From the NCBI GenBank assembly GCA_011051565.1, contig DRKX01000005.1:1-63895 (forward strand): a stretch of 63,895 nucleotides of DNA. Direction: 5' to 3'. Of this stretch, positions 37,323 through 46,780 are shown piece by piece (the first letter of the stretch is position 1; the number at the start of each line of letters is the position of its first letter). The DNA comes from Nitrospirota bacterium. Lineage in GTDB: Bacteria; Nitrospirota; Thermodesulfovibrionia; Thermodesulfovibrionales; JdFR-85. A program made the translations under genes and the position numbers. Below the pieces are notes generated by a model, which was given only the letters and a program-made list of their open reading frames with translations, was not told the DNA's origin and searched no databases.

Positions 37323-38507
37323 ATGTTCAGGTTGCGTTTTCTTACAGCCGGAGAGTCCCACGGGCGGGGACTCACGGGAATCATCGAGGGTATCCCCGCC
37401 AATCTGCCGCTTTCTCCCGACTATGTAACCCGCCAACTCGCCAGGAGACAGGTGGGTTTCGGGCGCGGCGGGAGGATGAGGATCGAGGCGGACAGGGTTG
37501 AATTCATCGCGGGCATCAGGTGGGGGGTCACGATCGGCTCACCTGTGGCGCTATACATCGAGAACCGGGACTGGGAGAACTGGCAAGGCGGCATGTCCCC
37601 CCTGCTGGAAGACAGGGGGACCGTCCCCCCGGTCACGAGACCGAGGCCCGGGCATGCCGACCTGCCTGGTGCGAAAAAGTACGGTCAGGACGACATAAGG
37701 AACATACTCGAGCGGTCCTCGGCAAGGGAGACGGCAATGCGTGTCGCAGTGGGAGCGGTCGCGAGGCGCCTCCTCGAGGAATTCGGCATTACCGTCGGCA
37801 GCTTCGTCACATCTATAGGCAGTGTCTCGATGAGGGTCGATCCCTCTACGCTGACAGGAGAGGACCTCCAGAGGCTCTTCACAGACGCCGAATCCTCTGA
37901 TCTTCGCTGCCCCGACCGGGATGCCGCGGGCCGGATGAGGGATACTGTAGAGCAGGCGATGAATGGGGGGTATTCACTCGGGGGCACTTTCATAACATAT
38001 GCCGCCGGGGTGCCGGTCGGCATCGGCAGTCATATTCAGTGGGACAGGAGGCTCGACAGCCGTCTTGCGCACGCCTTCATGGGCATACAGGCCATAAAGG
38101 GGATTGAGATAGGTGAGGGGTTCGAACTTGCCTCCAGGCGCGGCTCAGAGGCGATGGACGAGATTTTTCCGGCACCTGGGTCGAGCCGCACAGGCTCGGT
38201 CCTCAGGAAGACCAATCATGCCGGTGGGATCGAGGGTGGCATGACGAACGGGATGCCGGTGTTGGTCAGGGCGGCCATGAAGCCGATTCCGACCCAGCGC
38301 AAGCCCTTGATGTCAGTAGACATTCTCACCGGCGAACCCTTCGAGGCGGCTTATGAACGGTCCGACGTCTGCGCCGTCCCTGCAGCTGCGGTCATTGGAG
38401 AGGCCGCCATGTCACTCGTGATAGCGGATGCCTTTCTGGAGAAGTTCGGCGGCGACAGCTTGGAGGAGACGAGGAGAAACTACGAGAACTATCTGGCGGG
38501 GTTGTAG
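37323..38507 (+). CDS. aroC: Chorismate synthase
   Basis: MFRLRFLTAGESHG..., RPGHADL, SSARETA. ATG 37323 has better spacing to the AAGGAG (10 nt) than ATG 37314 (1 nt). Confidence 0.92.
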   Translation: MFRLRFLTAGESHGRGLTGIIEGIPANLPLSPDYVTRQLARRQVGFGRGGRMRIEADRVEFIAGIRWGVTIGSPVALYIENRDWENWQGGMSPLLEDRGTVPPVTRPRPGHADLPGAKKYGQDDIRNILERSSARETAMRVAVGAVARRLLEEFGITVGSFVTSIGSVSMRVDPSTLTGEDLQRLFTDAESSDLRCPDRDAAGRMRDTVEQAMNGGYSLGGTFITYAAGVPVGIGSHIQWDRRLDSRLAHAFMGIQAIKGIEIGEGFELASRRGSEAMDEIFPAPGSSRTGSVLRKTNHAGGIEGGMTNGMPVLVRAAMKPIPTQRKPLMSVDILTGEPFEAAYERSDVCAVPAAAVIGEAAMSLVIADAFLEKFGGDSLEETRRNYENYLAGL

Positions 38508-38643
38508 ACAATTCCTCCGTAAATCCGATATAATCGTGCACCGTACTGCGCGTCCGACGGCAGGCGTTATGATACGGGCCGCACCGTCGGATGCCTGAAG
38601 CAAAACGAGCAGCGCTATATATAATCAATTGACTGACCTCCTG

Positions 38644-39156
38644 ATGAAGAACATCGTACTAACAGGTTTCATGGGCACCGGAAAGACCGCCGTCGGGCGG
38701 GAGCTGGCACGCAGGCTCGGCATGCGGCTCGTCGAGCTCGACGAGGAGATCGAGAAGGCCGAGGGCATGACGATAAAGGAGATATTCAGCCGTTACGGCG
38801 AGTCATACTTCCGAGACAGGGAGACCGAGACCGTAAAGCGGTTCGCGGGCGGGGAGAACCTGGTCATATCCACAGGCGGCGGCGTAGTGCTGAGGAAGCA
38901 AAACATGGAGGCCCTCAGGGAAAACGGTATAATCGTCTGCCTTAAGGCTTCGCCCGAGACCATACTGAAGCGGACCGGTACTTCGGGTGAACGGCCGCTT
39001 CTGAACGTGGATGAGCCTCTCGAAAAGATCCGGGACCTGCTTGCTTACAGGCGGCCTTTCTACGAAGAGGCCGATATCATGGTCGAGACCGATACACGTA
39101 CGCCGGCGGAGGTTGCAGAGGAGATCGTCAGGAGGATAGAGGAGTTGAACGGATAG
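38644..39156 (+). CDS. aroK: Shikimate kinase
   Basis: MKNIVLTGFMGTGKTAVGRELARRLG, FRDRETE, GGGVV. ATG 38644; the track start 38629 is TTG. Confidence 0.9.
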   Translation: MKNIVLTGFMGTGKTAVGRELARRLGMRLVELDEEIEKAEGMTIKEIFSRYGESYFRDRETETVKRFAGGENLVISTGGGVVLRKQNMEALRENGIIVCLKASPETILKRTGTSGERPLLNVDEPLEKIRDLLAYRRPFYEEADIMVETDTRTPAEVAEEIVRRIEELNG

Positions 39157-40698
39157 ATGAAGAGAGAGCAGTGGAGGAGTCAGTTCGGTTTCCTGCTTGC
39201 CGCCGTGGGCTCTGCCATAGGGCTCGGAAACATATGGCGCTTCAGTTACATGGCGTACAACTACGGCGGGGGCGCCTTCCTTATCCCCTACTTCACTGCC
39301 CTGCTGACGGCCGGGATACCCCTGCTCATACTCGAGTTCGCCGTCGGTCACGAGCGCATCGGCTCTGCCCCGCTCGCCTATGCCAAGATCAAGAAGAACT
39401 GGGAATGGCTCGGGTGGTGGGCCGTGACGTTTGTGATGTTCGGCATAGTGCTCTACTACATGGTCATAGTCGCCTGGTGCCTCAACTTCTTCCTCCTCTC
39501 CTTCAACCTCGGCTGGGGTGCGGACCCGAACACCTTCTTCTTCAAGGAATTTCTCGCCCTGAGCGACTCGCCCTCCGAGATAGGCCAGATAAGGACTCCG
39601 ATATTCTTCGCGCTCCTCGTCATCTGGTTCATAAACTGGCTCATAGTCTACAGGGGCGTGCAGCGGGGGATCGAGCTCGCCAACAAGATATTCATGCCCC
39701 TCCTCTTCGTCCTGACCACCGTGCTCGTCTTGTGGTCCCTGACGCTTGAGGGTGCGATGTCGGGTGTCCGCGCGTACCTGACGCCGGACTTTTCCATACT
39801 TTCTGATCCAAAGGTGTGGATAGACGCCTACAGCCAGATATTCTTCACCCTGAGCCTCGGCTTCGGCATCATGATAGCCTATGCGAGCTATCTCCCCGAC
39901 AAGGCGAACATCACGAGGGGGGCGCTGCTGACTGCCTTCATAAACAGCGGCTATTCCCTCTTTGCCGGATTCGCCGTCTTCTCCGTGCTCGGCTTCATGG
40001 CCGCCTCAAAGGGTGAGCCACTCTCCGAGGTCGTCTCACAGAGCATTGGACTCGCCTTTGTTGCGTACCCGAAGGCCGTCAGCCTCATGCCCGGAGGCAA
40101 CATATTCGGCGCGATATTTTTCCTCTGCCTCGTGGTCGCGGGCCTCTCGTCCTCCATATCGATAGTAGAGGCGTTCACCTCGGCGATGGTCGACAAGTTC
40201 GGGATCAGGCGCAGGCGCCTGATAACCATCGTCTCCATTTTGGGGTTCTGCGGCTCTGTCTTGTTCACCACACAGGCGGGGCTGTTGTGGCTCGACATAG
40301 TGGATCACTTCCTGACCCACTACGGGCTGATCGTCGTCGGCATATTCGAGTGCATACTGGTGGGCTGGTTCTTCAGGATAAACGTCCTGAGGCAGCATGT
40401 CAACAGGATCTCCTCCATCAAGCTCGGTCCGTGGTGGGATGTTATCATCAAGTACTTCGTCCCCCTCGTGCTCGGAATAATACTCGTCGGAGACCTCTAC
40501 AGCGAGGTCAGGAAGCCCTACGGTGGATACTCCTGGACATCCCTCATACTGATCGGCAGGGACTGGGTGCTCCTGACCCTTGTGGCCGCATTCGTCATCG
40601 CCTCGAGGCCGTGGAAGACCGGACATCACAAGACAGAGGGCAGGAACAAGGAGCTGAAGCACGCCGGGACTTCCGGTTCTGCCTCGCAATCCGGCTGA
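39157..40698 (+). CDS. Sodium-dependent transporter, SNF (neurotransmitter:sodium symporter) family
   Basis: 513 aa. WRSQFGFLLAAVGSAIGLGNIWRFSYMAYNYGGGAFLIPY is the NSS signature. ATG directly abuts the aroK TAG. Confidence 0.9.
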   Translation: MKREQWRSQFGFLLAAVGSAIGLGNIWRFSYMAYNYGGGAFLIPYFTALLTAGIPLLILEFAVGHERIGSAPLAYAKIKKNWEWLGWWAVTFVMFGIVLYYMVIVAWCLNFFLLSFNLGWGADPNTFFFKEFLALSDSPSEIGQIRTPIFFALLVIWFINWLIVYRGVQRGIELANKIFMPLLFVLTTVLVLWSLTLEGAMSGVRAYLTPDFSILSDPKVWIDAYSQIFFTLSLGFGIMIAYASYLPDKANITRGALLTAFINSGYSLFAGFAVFSVLGFMAASKGEPLSEVVSQSIGLAFVAYPKAVSLMPGGNIFGAIFFLCLVVAGLSSSISIVEAFTSAMVDKFGIRRRRLITIVSILGFCGSVLFTTQAGLLWLDIVDHFLTHYGLIVVGIFECILVGWFFRINVLRQHVNRISSIKLGPWWDVIIKYFVPLVLGIILVGDLYSEVRKPYGGYSWTSLILIGRDWVLLTLVAAFVIASRPWKTGHHKTEGRNKELKHAGTSGSASQSG

Positions 40699-40779
40699 CC
40701 AGAGCCGGACCCCACAAGATTGCTCCGGAAGCGGCTTAATGTTATGAGGTGACCGAGCCCCTCCAGGCACTGCCGTGGT

Positions 40780-41811
40780 CTAAGTGAACAGGGCCCCCTG
40801 TATCAATAAGGAGAGCATCACGCAGAAGATCAGGCCGATGCCTCCAGAGAGCGCCGTGATTCTGTCCGCCAGTGCCCCGTCATCGAGCCCGATACCTGCC
40901 CCGCCGTCTCCGATGAACGGTTTTTCGATCACCACGCCTCCATAGGATGAGGGTCCGCCGAGCCGTATCCCGAGCGCTCCGGCCATGGCCGCCTCCGGCA
41001 GGCCGGCGTTCGGGCTTGAGTGCTTCCTTCCATCGCGCAGCATTATGCCCAGTGCCCTTGAAGGACTCACCTTGCGTGCTGCGAATGAGAGCAGGGCGGC
41101 AGCGAATATGATGATCCAGGCCGTGAGCCTTGCAGGTATGTAGTTGGCCAGGTCGTCGAGCCTTGCCGCTGCATATCCGAAATCGATGTACCGCTCGTTC
41201 TTGTAACCGAGCATCGAATCCATCGTATTCACCGCCTTGTACGCCATGGCGAGCGGGAGCCCGCCGACGGCGAAGTAGAAGAGCGGAGCGATCACGCCGT
41301 CCGAGAGGTTCTCGGCGAGTGTCTCCACGGTCGCCCTCAGGACACCGTCACTGTCCAGTCGCTCGGTGTCCCTGCCCACGATATGGCGGAGCCGTCCCCT
41401 CGCAGAGTCGATATCCGAGCGCCTGAGTTCAGCGAGCACGTCTCCGGCGGATTCCCTCAGACCCCTGAGCGCTATGGTCAGGGACCCGGCCGTTGCAATT
41501 ACCATGTCGCTTGCAGGGGCGACATTCAAGACTGCGAGGTCACCGAACGCGGAGCATACCGCTTGAGTGAAGAGGTATGCCGCGATATAGGCAGTCCCCA
41601 CCACAACGGCGACGAGCACGCCGCCAGAGAGCTTTTCACCGGCGGGGCTGCGGGCATGCCTTCTGAGCAGGCCTTCAAGCCGGGAGATGTACTTGCCGAT
41701 GCACCTTATCGGGTGGGGCATCCACTCCGGGTCGCCTATCAGCGAATCCAGCAGAAAGGCCAATACAAGCTGTGCAGGAACTCCTCCGAACACCATAACC
41801 ATCTCTCCCAT
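40780..41811 (-). CDS. cbiB: Adenosylcobinamide-phosphate synthase CbiB/CobD
   Basis: 343 aa. FLLDSLIGDPEWMPHPIRCIGKYI, SPNAGLPEAAMAGALGIRLGG. Confidence 0.88.
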   Translation of the reverse strand: MGEMVMVFGGVPAQLVLAFLLDSLIGDPEWMPHPIRCIGKYISRLEGLLRRHARSPAGEKLSGGVLVAVVVGTAYIAAYLFTQAVCSAFGDLAVLNVAPASDMVIATAGSLTIALRGLRESAGDVLAELRRSDIDSARGRLRHIVGRDTERLDSDGVLRATVETLAENLSDGVIAPLFYFAVGGLPLAMAYKAVNTMDSMLGYKNERYIDFGYAAARLDDLANYIPARLTAWIIIFAAALLSFAARKVSPSRALGIMLRDGRKHSSPNAGLPEAAMAGALGIRLGGPSSYGGVVIEKPFIGDGGAGIGLDDGALADRITALSGGIGLIFCVMLSLLIQGALFT

Positions 41812-42054
41812 CCTTTTGCGCGATTCTCGGGTCGTTATATTTTAGCCGATTGCGATGGGACCTTTCCCGGCGTAAAGGTATTTTTCCCATCAATAATCTC
41901 TCCTGCTCGAGTATAATGTACATAGTGAGGGGTGCTGCGGCGTCGAGTGACGGACATGCAGCTGCCCGATAGCCACGCGAGAAACAAGGATGCCGCGGCG
42001 AGGACGGGCTTCTCTCTTGAAGCCCGGAAAAAAGGAGAAGAAGGAGGATTCATC

Positions 42055-42366
42055 ATGGCGCACACGATCGGCAGTTACAGTGTACTTTTCTATGGTAGTC
42101 CCTCAGGCTACCAGACCAACCGAGCCCAGATACAGCTGAAGGATACGGGCGGAAACGTCGTTGCCTGGATCAGGTTCAATGATCCGGGACAGTTCTTCGA
42201 GGACGACTATGAGAGCGGAGGCATTATCCGTATGCATCTGCCTTCGTCCATGTTCGAGAACGTGATCGACGTGCTGAGGAACGAAAAACCCGTCTACATC
42301 TACTTTACTGCAGGCCGGGCGTTCCTCGGAACGAGCTCAGAGCCGATAGGTGAAGGCGAAGGGTGA
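42055..42366 (+). CDS. Hypothetical small protein (103 aa)
   Basis: ATG 42055 preceded by AAGGAGAAGAAGGAGG. No family recognised. The track ORF from 41932 lacks an RBS. Confidence 0.5.
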   Translation: MAHTIGSYSVLFYGSPSGYQTNRAQIQLKDTGGNVVAWIRFNDPGQFFEDDYESGGIIRMHLPSSMFENVIDVLRNEKPVYIYFTAGRAFLGTSSEPIGEGEG

Positions 42367-42436
42367 GAGAGACTGGAGGGCCTTCCAGCCGGGAATACTT
42401 TCTGTGATGGTGAAGCAGATACACAAGGAGGGCTTT

Positions 42437-42853
42437 ATGAAGAGCTATCGCAAGGAACTCTGGTTCGAGGTGCCCACCCGGAGGGCCTTCATCAACATCA
42501 CCCGGGATGTGGAGGCCTGTCTCCGAGAGAGCGACATCAGGGAGGGGCTGGTGCTCGTGAACGCCATGCACATAACGGCCTCTGTTTTCATAAATGATGA
42601 CGAGCCCGGGCTTCACCACGACTACGACGTCTGGCTCGAGAAGCTCGCTCCGCACGAGCCCGTGTCGCAGTACCGCCACAATGTGGGCGAGGACAACGCA
42701 GACGCCCACATGAAGCGCCAGATCATGGGCAGGGAGGTAGTGGTTGCCGTGACGAACGGGGCCCTCGATCTCGGTCCTTGGGAACAGATATTCTACGGAG
42801 AGTTCGACGGCAGGCGTAAGAAGAGGGTGCTCGTAAAGATCATCGGGGAGTGA
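42437..42853 (+). CDS. yjbQ: YjbQ/UPF0047 family protein (secondary thiamine-phosphate synthase-like)
   Basis: 138 aa from ATG 42437 (AAGGAGG RBS). [41 protein letters not shown]...[22 protein letters not shown]...[14 protein letters not shown]. Confidence 0.85.
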   Translation: MKSYRKELWFEVPTRRAFINITRDVEACLRESDIREGLVLVNAMHITASVFINDDEPGLHHDYDVWLEKLAPHEPVSQYRHNVGEDNADAHMKRQIMGREVVVAVTNGALDLGPWEQIFYGEFDGRRKKRVLVKIIGE

Positions 42854-42861
42854 ATCGTGTC

Positions 42862-42937
42862 TGGAGGCGGCGGCCGGATTCGAACCGGCGCATAAAGGTT
42901 TTGCAGACCTCTCCCTTAGCCACTTGGGTACGCCGCC
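42862..42937 (-). tRNA. tRNA-Cys (GCA)
   Basis: 76 nt. GGCGGCG acceptor, loop CTGCAAA, GGTTCGAATCC T-arm, U73 discriminator, encoded CCA. Confidence 0.93.
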
Positions 42938-43022
42938 GTATGTTTAAGTGGAGCGCATGCAGGGATTTGCAATGCGACTCCGGTCAATACTGATGCCTCT
43001 GCCGGTTCTCTCTTTCTTTAAA

Positions 43023-43098
43023 TGGAGCGGGCGACGGGATTCGAACCCGCGACCCCAACCTTGGCAAGGTTGTGCTCTACCAGCTGAGCTACGCCCGC
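43023..43098 (-). tRNA. tRNA-Gly (GCC)
   Basis: 76 nt. GCGGGCG acceptor, loop TTGCCAA, GGTTCGAATCC T-arm, encoded CCA. Confidence 0.93.
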
Positions 43099-43192
43099 GC
43101 AATCGCGCAATCTCTCCGAGATTCACCAGAACGGCCTTCGGCAACGGGAAGAGTCTTCGGTCAACCGGCATCCGCGCACTCAGTGCATTATG

Positions 43193-43456
43193 TCAGTTGG
43201 TCCTCTTCTCCGATTCGAGGGAGTCGAGGATCTTCAAGAGGTGCTCGGTCTCCCTCCTGTACTCCTCGAGCTCGCTGACCCGCCTGTCGAGCTCATGAGA
43301 CTTGTACTGCAGCATAAGGGTCATTTCCTGGAGCTTCTCGTCATAGAAGGTCTTTACGTGTTCGAGTTCGGTCTGCAGATGCCTGCACCTGTTCCTGTAA
43401 CGGAACAGGTTTCTCGTATCCCTTATCCTCTTTGCCAGAAAGGAGATAGCCCTCAT
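43193..43456 (-). CDS. Hypothetical 87-aa coiled-coil protein
   Basis: Only an ORF with heptad-like charged sequence (LQTELEHVKTFYDEKLQEM...VSELEEYRRETEHLLKIL). No family recognised. Co-directional with the tRNA pair. Confidence 0.35.
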   Translation of the reverse strand: MRAISFLAKRIRDTRNLFRYRNRCRHLQTELEHVKTFYDEKLQEMTLMLQYKSHELDRRVSELEEYRRETEHLLKILDSLESEKRTN

Positions 43457-43529
43457 GGCTATAAAAATATCATAAACCCGTCTGCCGTGTCAATTGCTAA
43501 AAAGGCCTTTTTATGTTTAAAATAATCCG

Positions 43530-45026
43530 ATGTATCCGGATTACGAGACATTTCTGAGTTTGACCGGTGCCGGCAACTTGATCCCGGTATACAGAGAGAT
43601 ACTTGCAGACATGGAGACCCCGGTCTCGGCCTACCTGAAGCTCAGCGCAACTCCTTCCTTCCTGTTCGAGAGCGTCGAGGGCGGGGAGAAGTGGGGAAGG
43701 TACTCCTTTCTCGGCATATCGGTGAGGAGGGTGATCCGTGCGAGGGGAAACAGCATCGAGGTTGTCCAGGACGGCGAGACGGTGAAGGAGTCGGAGTATG
43801 AGGATCCCCTCGACGCCCTGAAGGAGGAACTCTCCCTCTACAGGCCGGTCGCGGTCGAGGGACTGCCCGGGTTCTACGGCGGACTCGTCGGTTATATAGG
43901 GTATGAGACGGTGAAGTACTTCGAGAGGGTGCCGGACAGGGAGAAACCGACCCTCGGTCTTTCAGACATGTACTTCATGATACCGGACATCGTACTGGTA
44001 TTCGACAATCTCAGGCAGAGCCTCAAGATAGTCTGTCCCGTGCATGTCGAGGGCTCTCCTGAGGCGGCTTACAGGGAGGCGGCGGGAAAGATCGATGCCG
44101 TGATGGAGAGGCTGGGGTCCGTTCGCCCGGCTTCCGGCTCCAAGGCGAGTCCCAGGCCTCGGAAGAGGGACTTTGTCTCTTCGTTCGGCCCCAGGGAGGC
44201 CTTCGAAGAGGCGGTCAGGAAGGCGAAGGAGTACGTCCGGGCCGGCGACGTCGTGCAGGTGGTCGTATCGCAGAGGTTCGGGCGTGAATGCGCGGCGGAC
44301 CCGTTCGACATTTACCGTGCCCTGAGGGTCGTGAATCCGTCGCCCTACATGTATTTCATGGATACGGGCGAGGCGCGGATCGTGGGCTCTTCCCCGGAGA
44401 TTCTCGTGAGGCTCGATGGGAGGCGCATCGTGTTGAGGCCCATCGCCGGCACGAGAAGGCGGGGGCGGAGCGAGGACGAGGACAGGGCGCTCGAGAAGGA
44501 ACTGAGGGAGGACCCGAAGGAGGTCGCCGAGCACATAATGCTGGTGGACCTCGGAAGGAACGACGTCGGACGGGTTGCAGAGACCGGCAGTGTGAAGGTC
44601 ACCGAGCTGATGTCGGTCGAGCGCTACAGCCACGTGATGCACCTGGTGTCGAACGTCGAGGGCATGCTCAGGGAGGGGCTCGATGCCTTCGACGTGTTCA
44701 GGTCCTGCTTTCCTGCGGGGACCGTCACCGGGGCGCCGAAGGTGAGGGCAATGGAGATCATCGATGAGCTCGAACCCGTCAAGAGGGGGCCGTATGCCGG
44801 AGCCGTCGGTTATTTCGGGTATTCAGGGAACACGGATACCTGCATTACGATCAGGACCATCGTGGTCAAGGACGGCAGTCTCTACGTGCAGGCTGGCGCG
44901 GGAATCGTCGCCGACTCCGTGCCCAGCAACGAGTACACGGAGACACTCAACAAGGCCCTCGGTATGATGAAGGCCGTCGAGATGGCAGAGAACGGGCTTC
45001 GGACGGCAGCGGATTGTGCTGACTGA
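43530..45026 (+). CDS. trpE: Anthranilate synthase component I
   Basis: 498 aa. LFESVEGGEKWGRYSF, IAGTRRRG, GAPKVRAMEIIDELE, GAVGYFG. Confidence 0.93.
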   Translation: MYPDYETFLSLTGAGNLIPVYREILADMETPVSAYLKLSATPSFLFESVEGGEKWGRYSFLGISVRRVIRARGNSIEVVQDGETVKESEYEDPLDALKEELSLYRPVAVEGLPGFYGGLVGYIGYETVKYFERVPDREKPTLGLSDMYFMIPDIVLVFDNLRQSLKIVCPVHVEGSPEAAYREAAGKIDAVMERLGSVRPASGSKASPRPRKRDFVSSFGPREAFEEAVRKAKEYVRAGDVVQVVVSQRFGRECAADPFDIYRALRVVNPSPYMYFMDTGEARIVGSSPEILVRLDGRRIVLRPIAGTRRRGRSEDEDRALEKELREDPKEVAEHIMLVDLGRNDVGRVAETGSVKVTELMSVERYSHVMHLVSNVEGMLREGLDAFDVFRSCFPAGTVTGAPKVRAMEIIDELEPVKRGPYAGAVGYFGYSGNTDTCITIRTIVVKDGSLYVQAGAGIVADSVPSNEYTETLNKALGMMKAVEMAENGLRTAADCAD

Positions 45027-45084
45027 TGCAGTGATGAGCCGTCCTGCATGATCCGCCGGAAATATTTATGACTGGAGTGTAGGC

Positions 45085-45666
45085 ATGCTGCTTATGATCG
45101 ACAACTATGATTCGTTCACCTACAACCTCGTTCAGTACTTCGGTGAACTCGGCGAGGAGGTGAGGGTCTACCGTAACGACCGGATAACGATCGAGGAGAT
45201 AGAAGCTATCGATCCGGACAGGATAGTCATATCCCCGGGGCCGTGCACACCGAGGGAGGCCGGCATCTCCATAGAGGTCATACGCCGTTTTGCCGGAAAG
45301 AAACCCCTGCTCGGCGTCTGTCTCGGCCACCAGTCCATAGGTGCTGCATTCGGCGGCGATATAGTCAATGCGCCCCGGCTGATGCACGGAAAGACGTCCC
45401 TCATATACCATGACGGCAGGACCGTGTTCGAGGGACTGCCCAACCCGTTCGAGGCCACCCGTTACCACTCCCTTGTGATCAAGAGGGAGACGCTGCCCGG
45501 GGTGCTCGAGGTGAGCGCCTGGACGAAGGAGGGTGAGATAATGGGGGTGAGGCACAGGGAGTATGTGGTGGAGGGGGTGCAGTTCCACCCCGAGTCTATA
45601 CTGACGACGGTGGGCAAGGACCTGCTCAGGAATTTTCTCAAGCTGGGCGGCGGGCATCCTCAGTGA
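45085..45666 (+). CDS. trpG: Anthranilate synthase component II (glutamine amidotransferase)
   Basis: 193 aa. [33 protein letters not shown]. Confidence 0.92.
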   Translation: MLLMIDNYDSFTYNLVQYFGELGEEVRVYRNDRITIEEIEAIDPDRIVISPGPCTPREAGISIEVIRRFAGKKPLLGVCLGHQSIGAAFGGDIVNAPRLMHGKTSLIYHDGRTVFEGLPNPFEATRYHSLVIKRETLPGVLEVSAWTKEGEIMGVRHREYVVEGVQFHPESILTTVGKDLLRNFLKLGGGHPQ

Positions 45667-45706
45667 GAACCCTTTGTATCAACGAACCGCTCAACAGGAG
45701 GACGAC

Positions 45707-46723
45707 ATGATAAGAGAGGCGATCAACCTTCTCGTTCAGGGCATCAATCTCTCGGAGTCGGAGATGGCAGAGTGCATGCGGGAGATAATGGAGGGGAGGG
45801 CTACAGACGCCCAGATCGGAGCCTTTCTCACCGCTCTTAGGATAAAGGGTGAGACCGTGGAGGAGATAACCGGCGCGGCAAGAGTCATGAGGGAGAAGGC
45901 GGCAAGGATAGACGCGCCCGAGGGCGTGGTGGACACCTGCGGCACCGGAGGCGACATGGCCCATACTTTCAATATATCGACCACCGCGGCCATCGTTGTG
46001 AGCGCCTGCGGCGTGCCCGTTGCCAAGCACGGCAACAGGTCGGTATCGAGCATGTCCGGCAGCGCAGACGTGCTCGAGGCCCTGGGGGTCAAGATAGACC
46101 TCTCACCCGAGAAGGTCCAGGAGTGCCTGTTCGAGACGGGCTTCGGCTTCCTCTTCGCCCCGGTCTTCCATCCGGCAATGAAGTATGCAGTCGGGCCGCG
46201 AAGGGAGATGGGTATAAGGACCGTGTTCAACATACTCGGCCCGATCACCAACCCTGCGGGGGCAAAGAGGCAGACTGTCGGTGTCTTCACGGACAGGCTC
46301 ACCGAGCCCCTTGCCTGGGTCCTCGGCAACCTCGGCGCCGAGGACGTGATGGTGTTTCACGGCGAGGACGGGCTCGACGAGATAACGATCACCGACGGCT
46401 CGAAGGTGAGCCGGTTCAGGAACGGGACCGTGGAGAACTTCATTTTGTCCCCCGAGGACTTCGGCTTCGAAAGGGCCCCTGTCGAGGCCATATCAGGCGG
46501 GGACGCCCGCAGGAACGCCGAATACACCATGGAGGTCCTCAGGGGTGAACCCGGTCCGAGAAGGGATATAGTGATAATGAACGCCTCGGTCACACTGATG
46601 GTCTCGGGGAGGACGGACGACTTGAGGGAGGCCGCAGCAGCGGCGGCCGAGGTGATAGACTCGGGAGAGGCGCACAGGAAGCTCGAGGATATAGTGAGGA
46701 CCACGCAGAGGCTTGCATCTTAG
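45707..46723 (+). CDS. trpD: Anthranilate phosphoribosyltransferase
   Basis: ATG 45707 after CAGGAGG. DTCGTGGD, VAKHGNRSVSS, FNILGPITNPAG. Confidence 0.92.
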   Translation: MIREAINLLVQGINLSESEMAECMREIMEGRATDAQIGAFLTALRIKGETVEEITGAARVMREKAARIDAPEGVVDTCGTGGDMAHTFNISTTAAIVVSACGVPVAKHGNRSVSSMSGSADVLEALGVKIDLSPEKVQECLFETGFGFLFAPVFHPAMKYAVGPRREMGIRTVFNILGPITNPAGAKRQTVGVFTDRLTEPLAWVLGNLGAEDVMVFHGEDGLDEITITDGSKVSRFRNGTVENFILSPEDFGFERAPVEAISGGDARRNAEYTMEVLRGEPGPRRDIVIMNASVTLMVSGRTDDLREAAAAAAEVIDSGEAHRKLEDIVRTTQRLAS

Positions 46724-46780
46724 CGGGTGCTGCTTCATGGAAATGCACGTAAGCGCAGAATGGCCGGAGGGGATGATTCG

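Noticed and set aside
41812-42054. Possible cobalamin riboswitch in the 243-nt region upstream of cbiB (minus strand).
   Set aside because: I reverse-complemented the region and found no B12 box (AGYCMGGAGACCKGCC-like) and no GCCACTG element. The hairpin GGGCTTC...GAAGCCC belongs equally to the plus-strand leader of the small ORF.
41920-42054. Possible TPP riboswitch ahead of the small ORF-yjbQ pair, since YjbQ is linked to thiamine.
   Set aside because: No CTGAGA/ACCTGATCTGGATAATGCCAGCG-type core motifs are visible.
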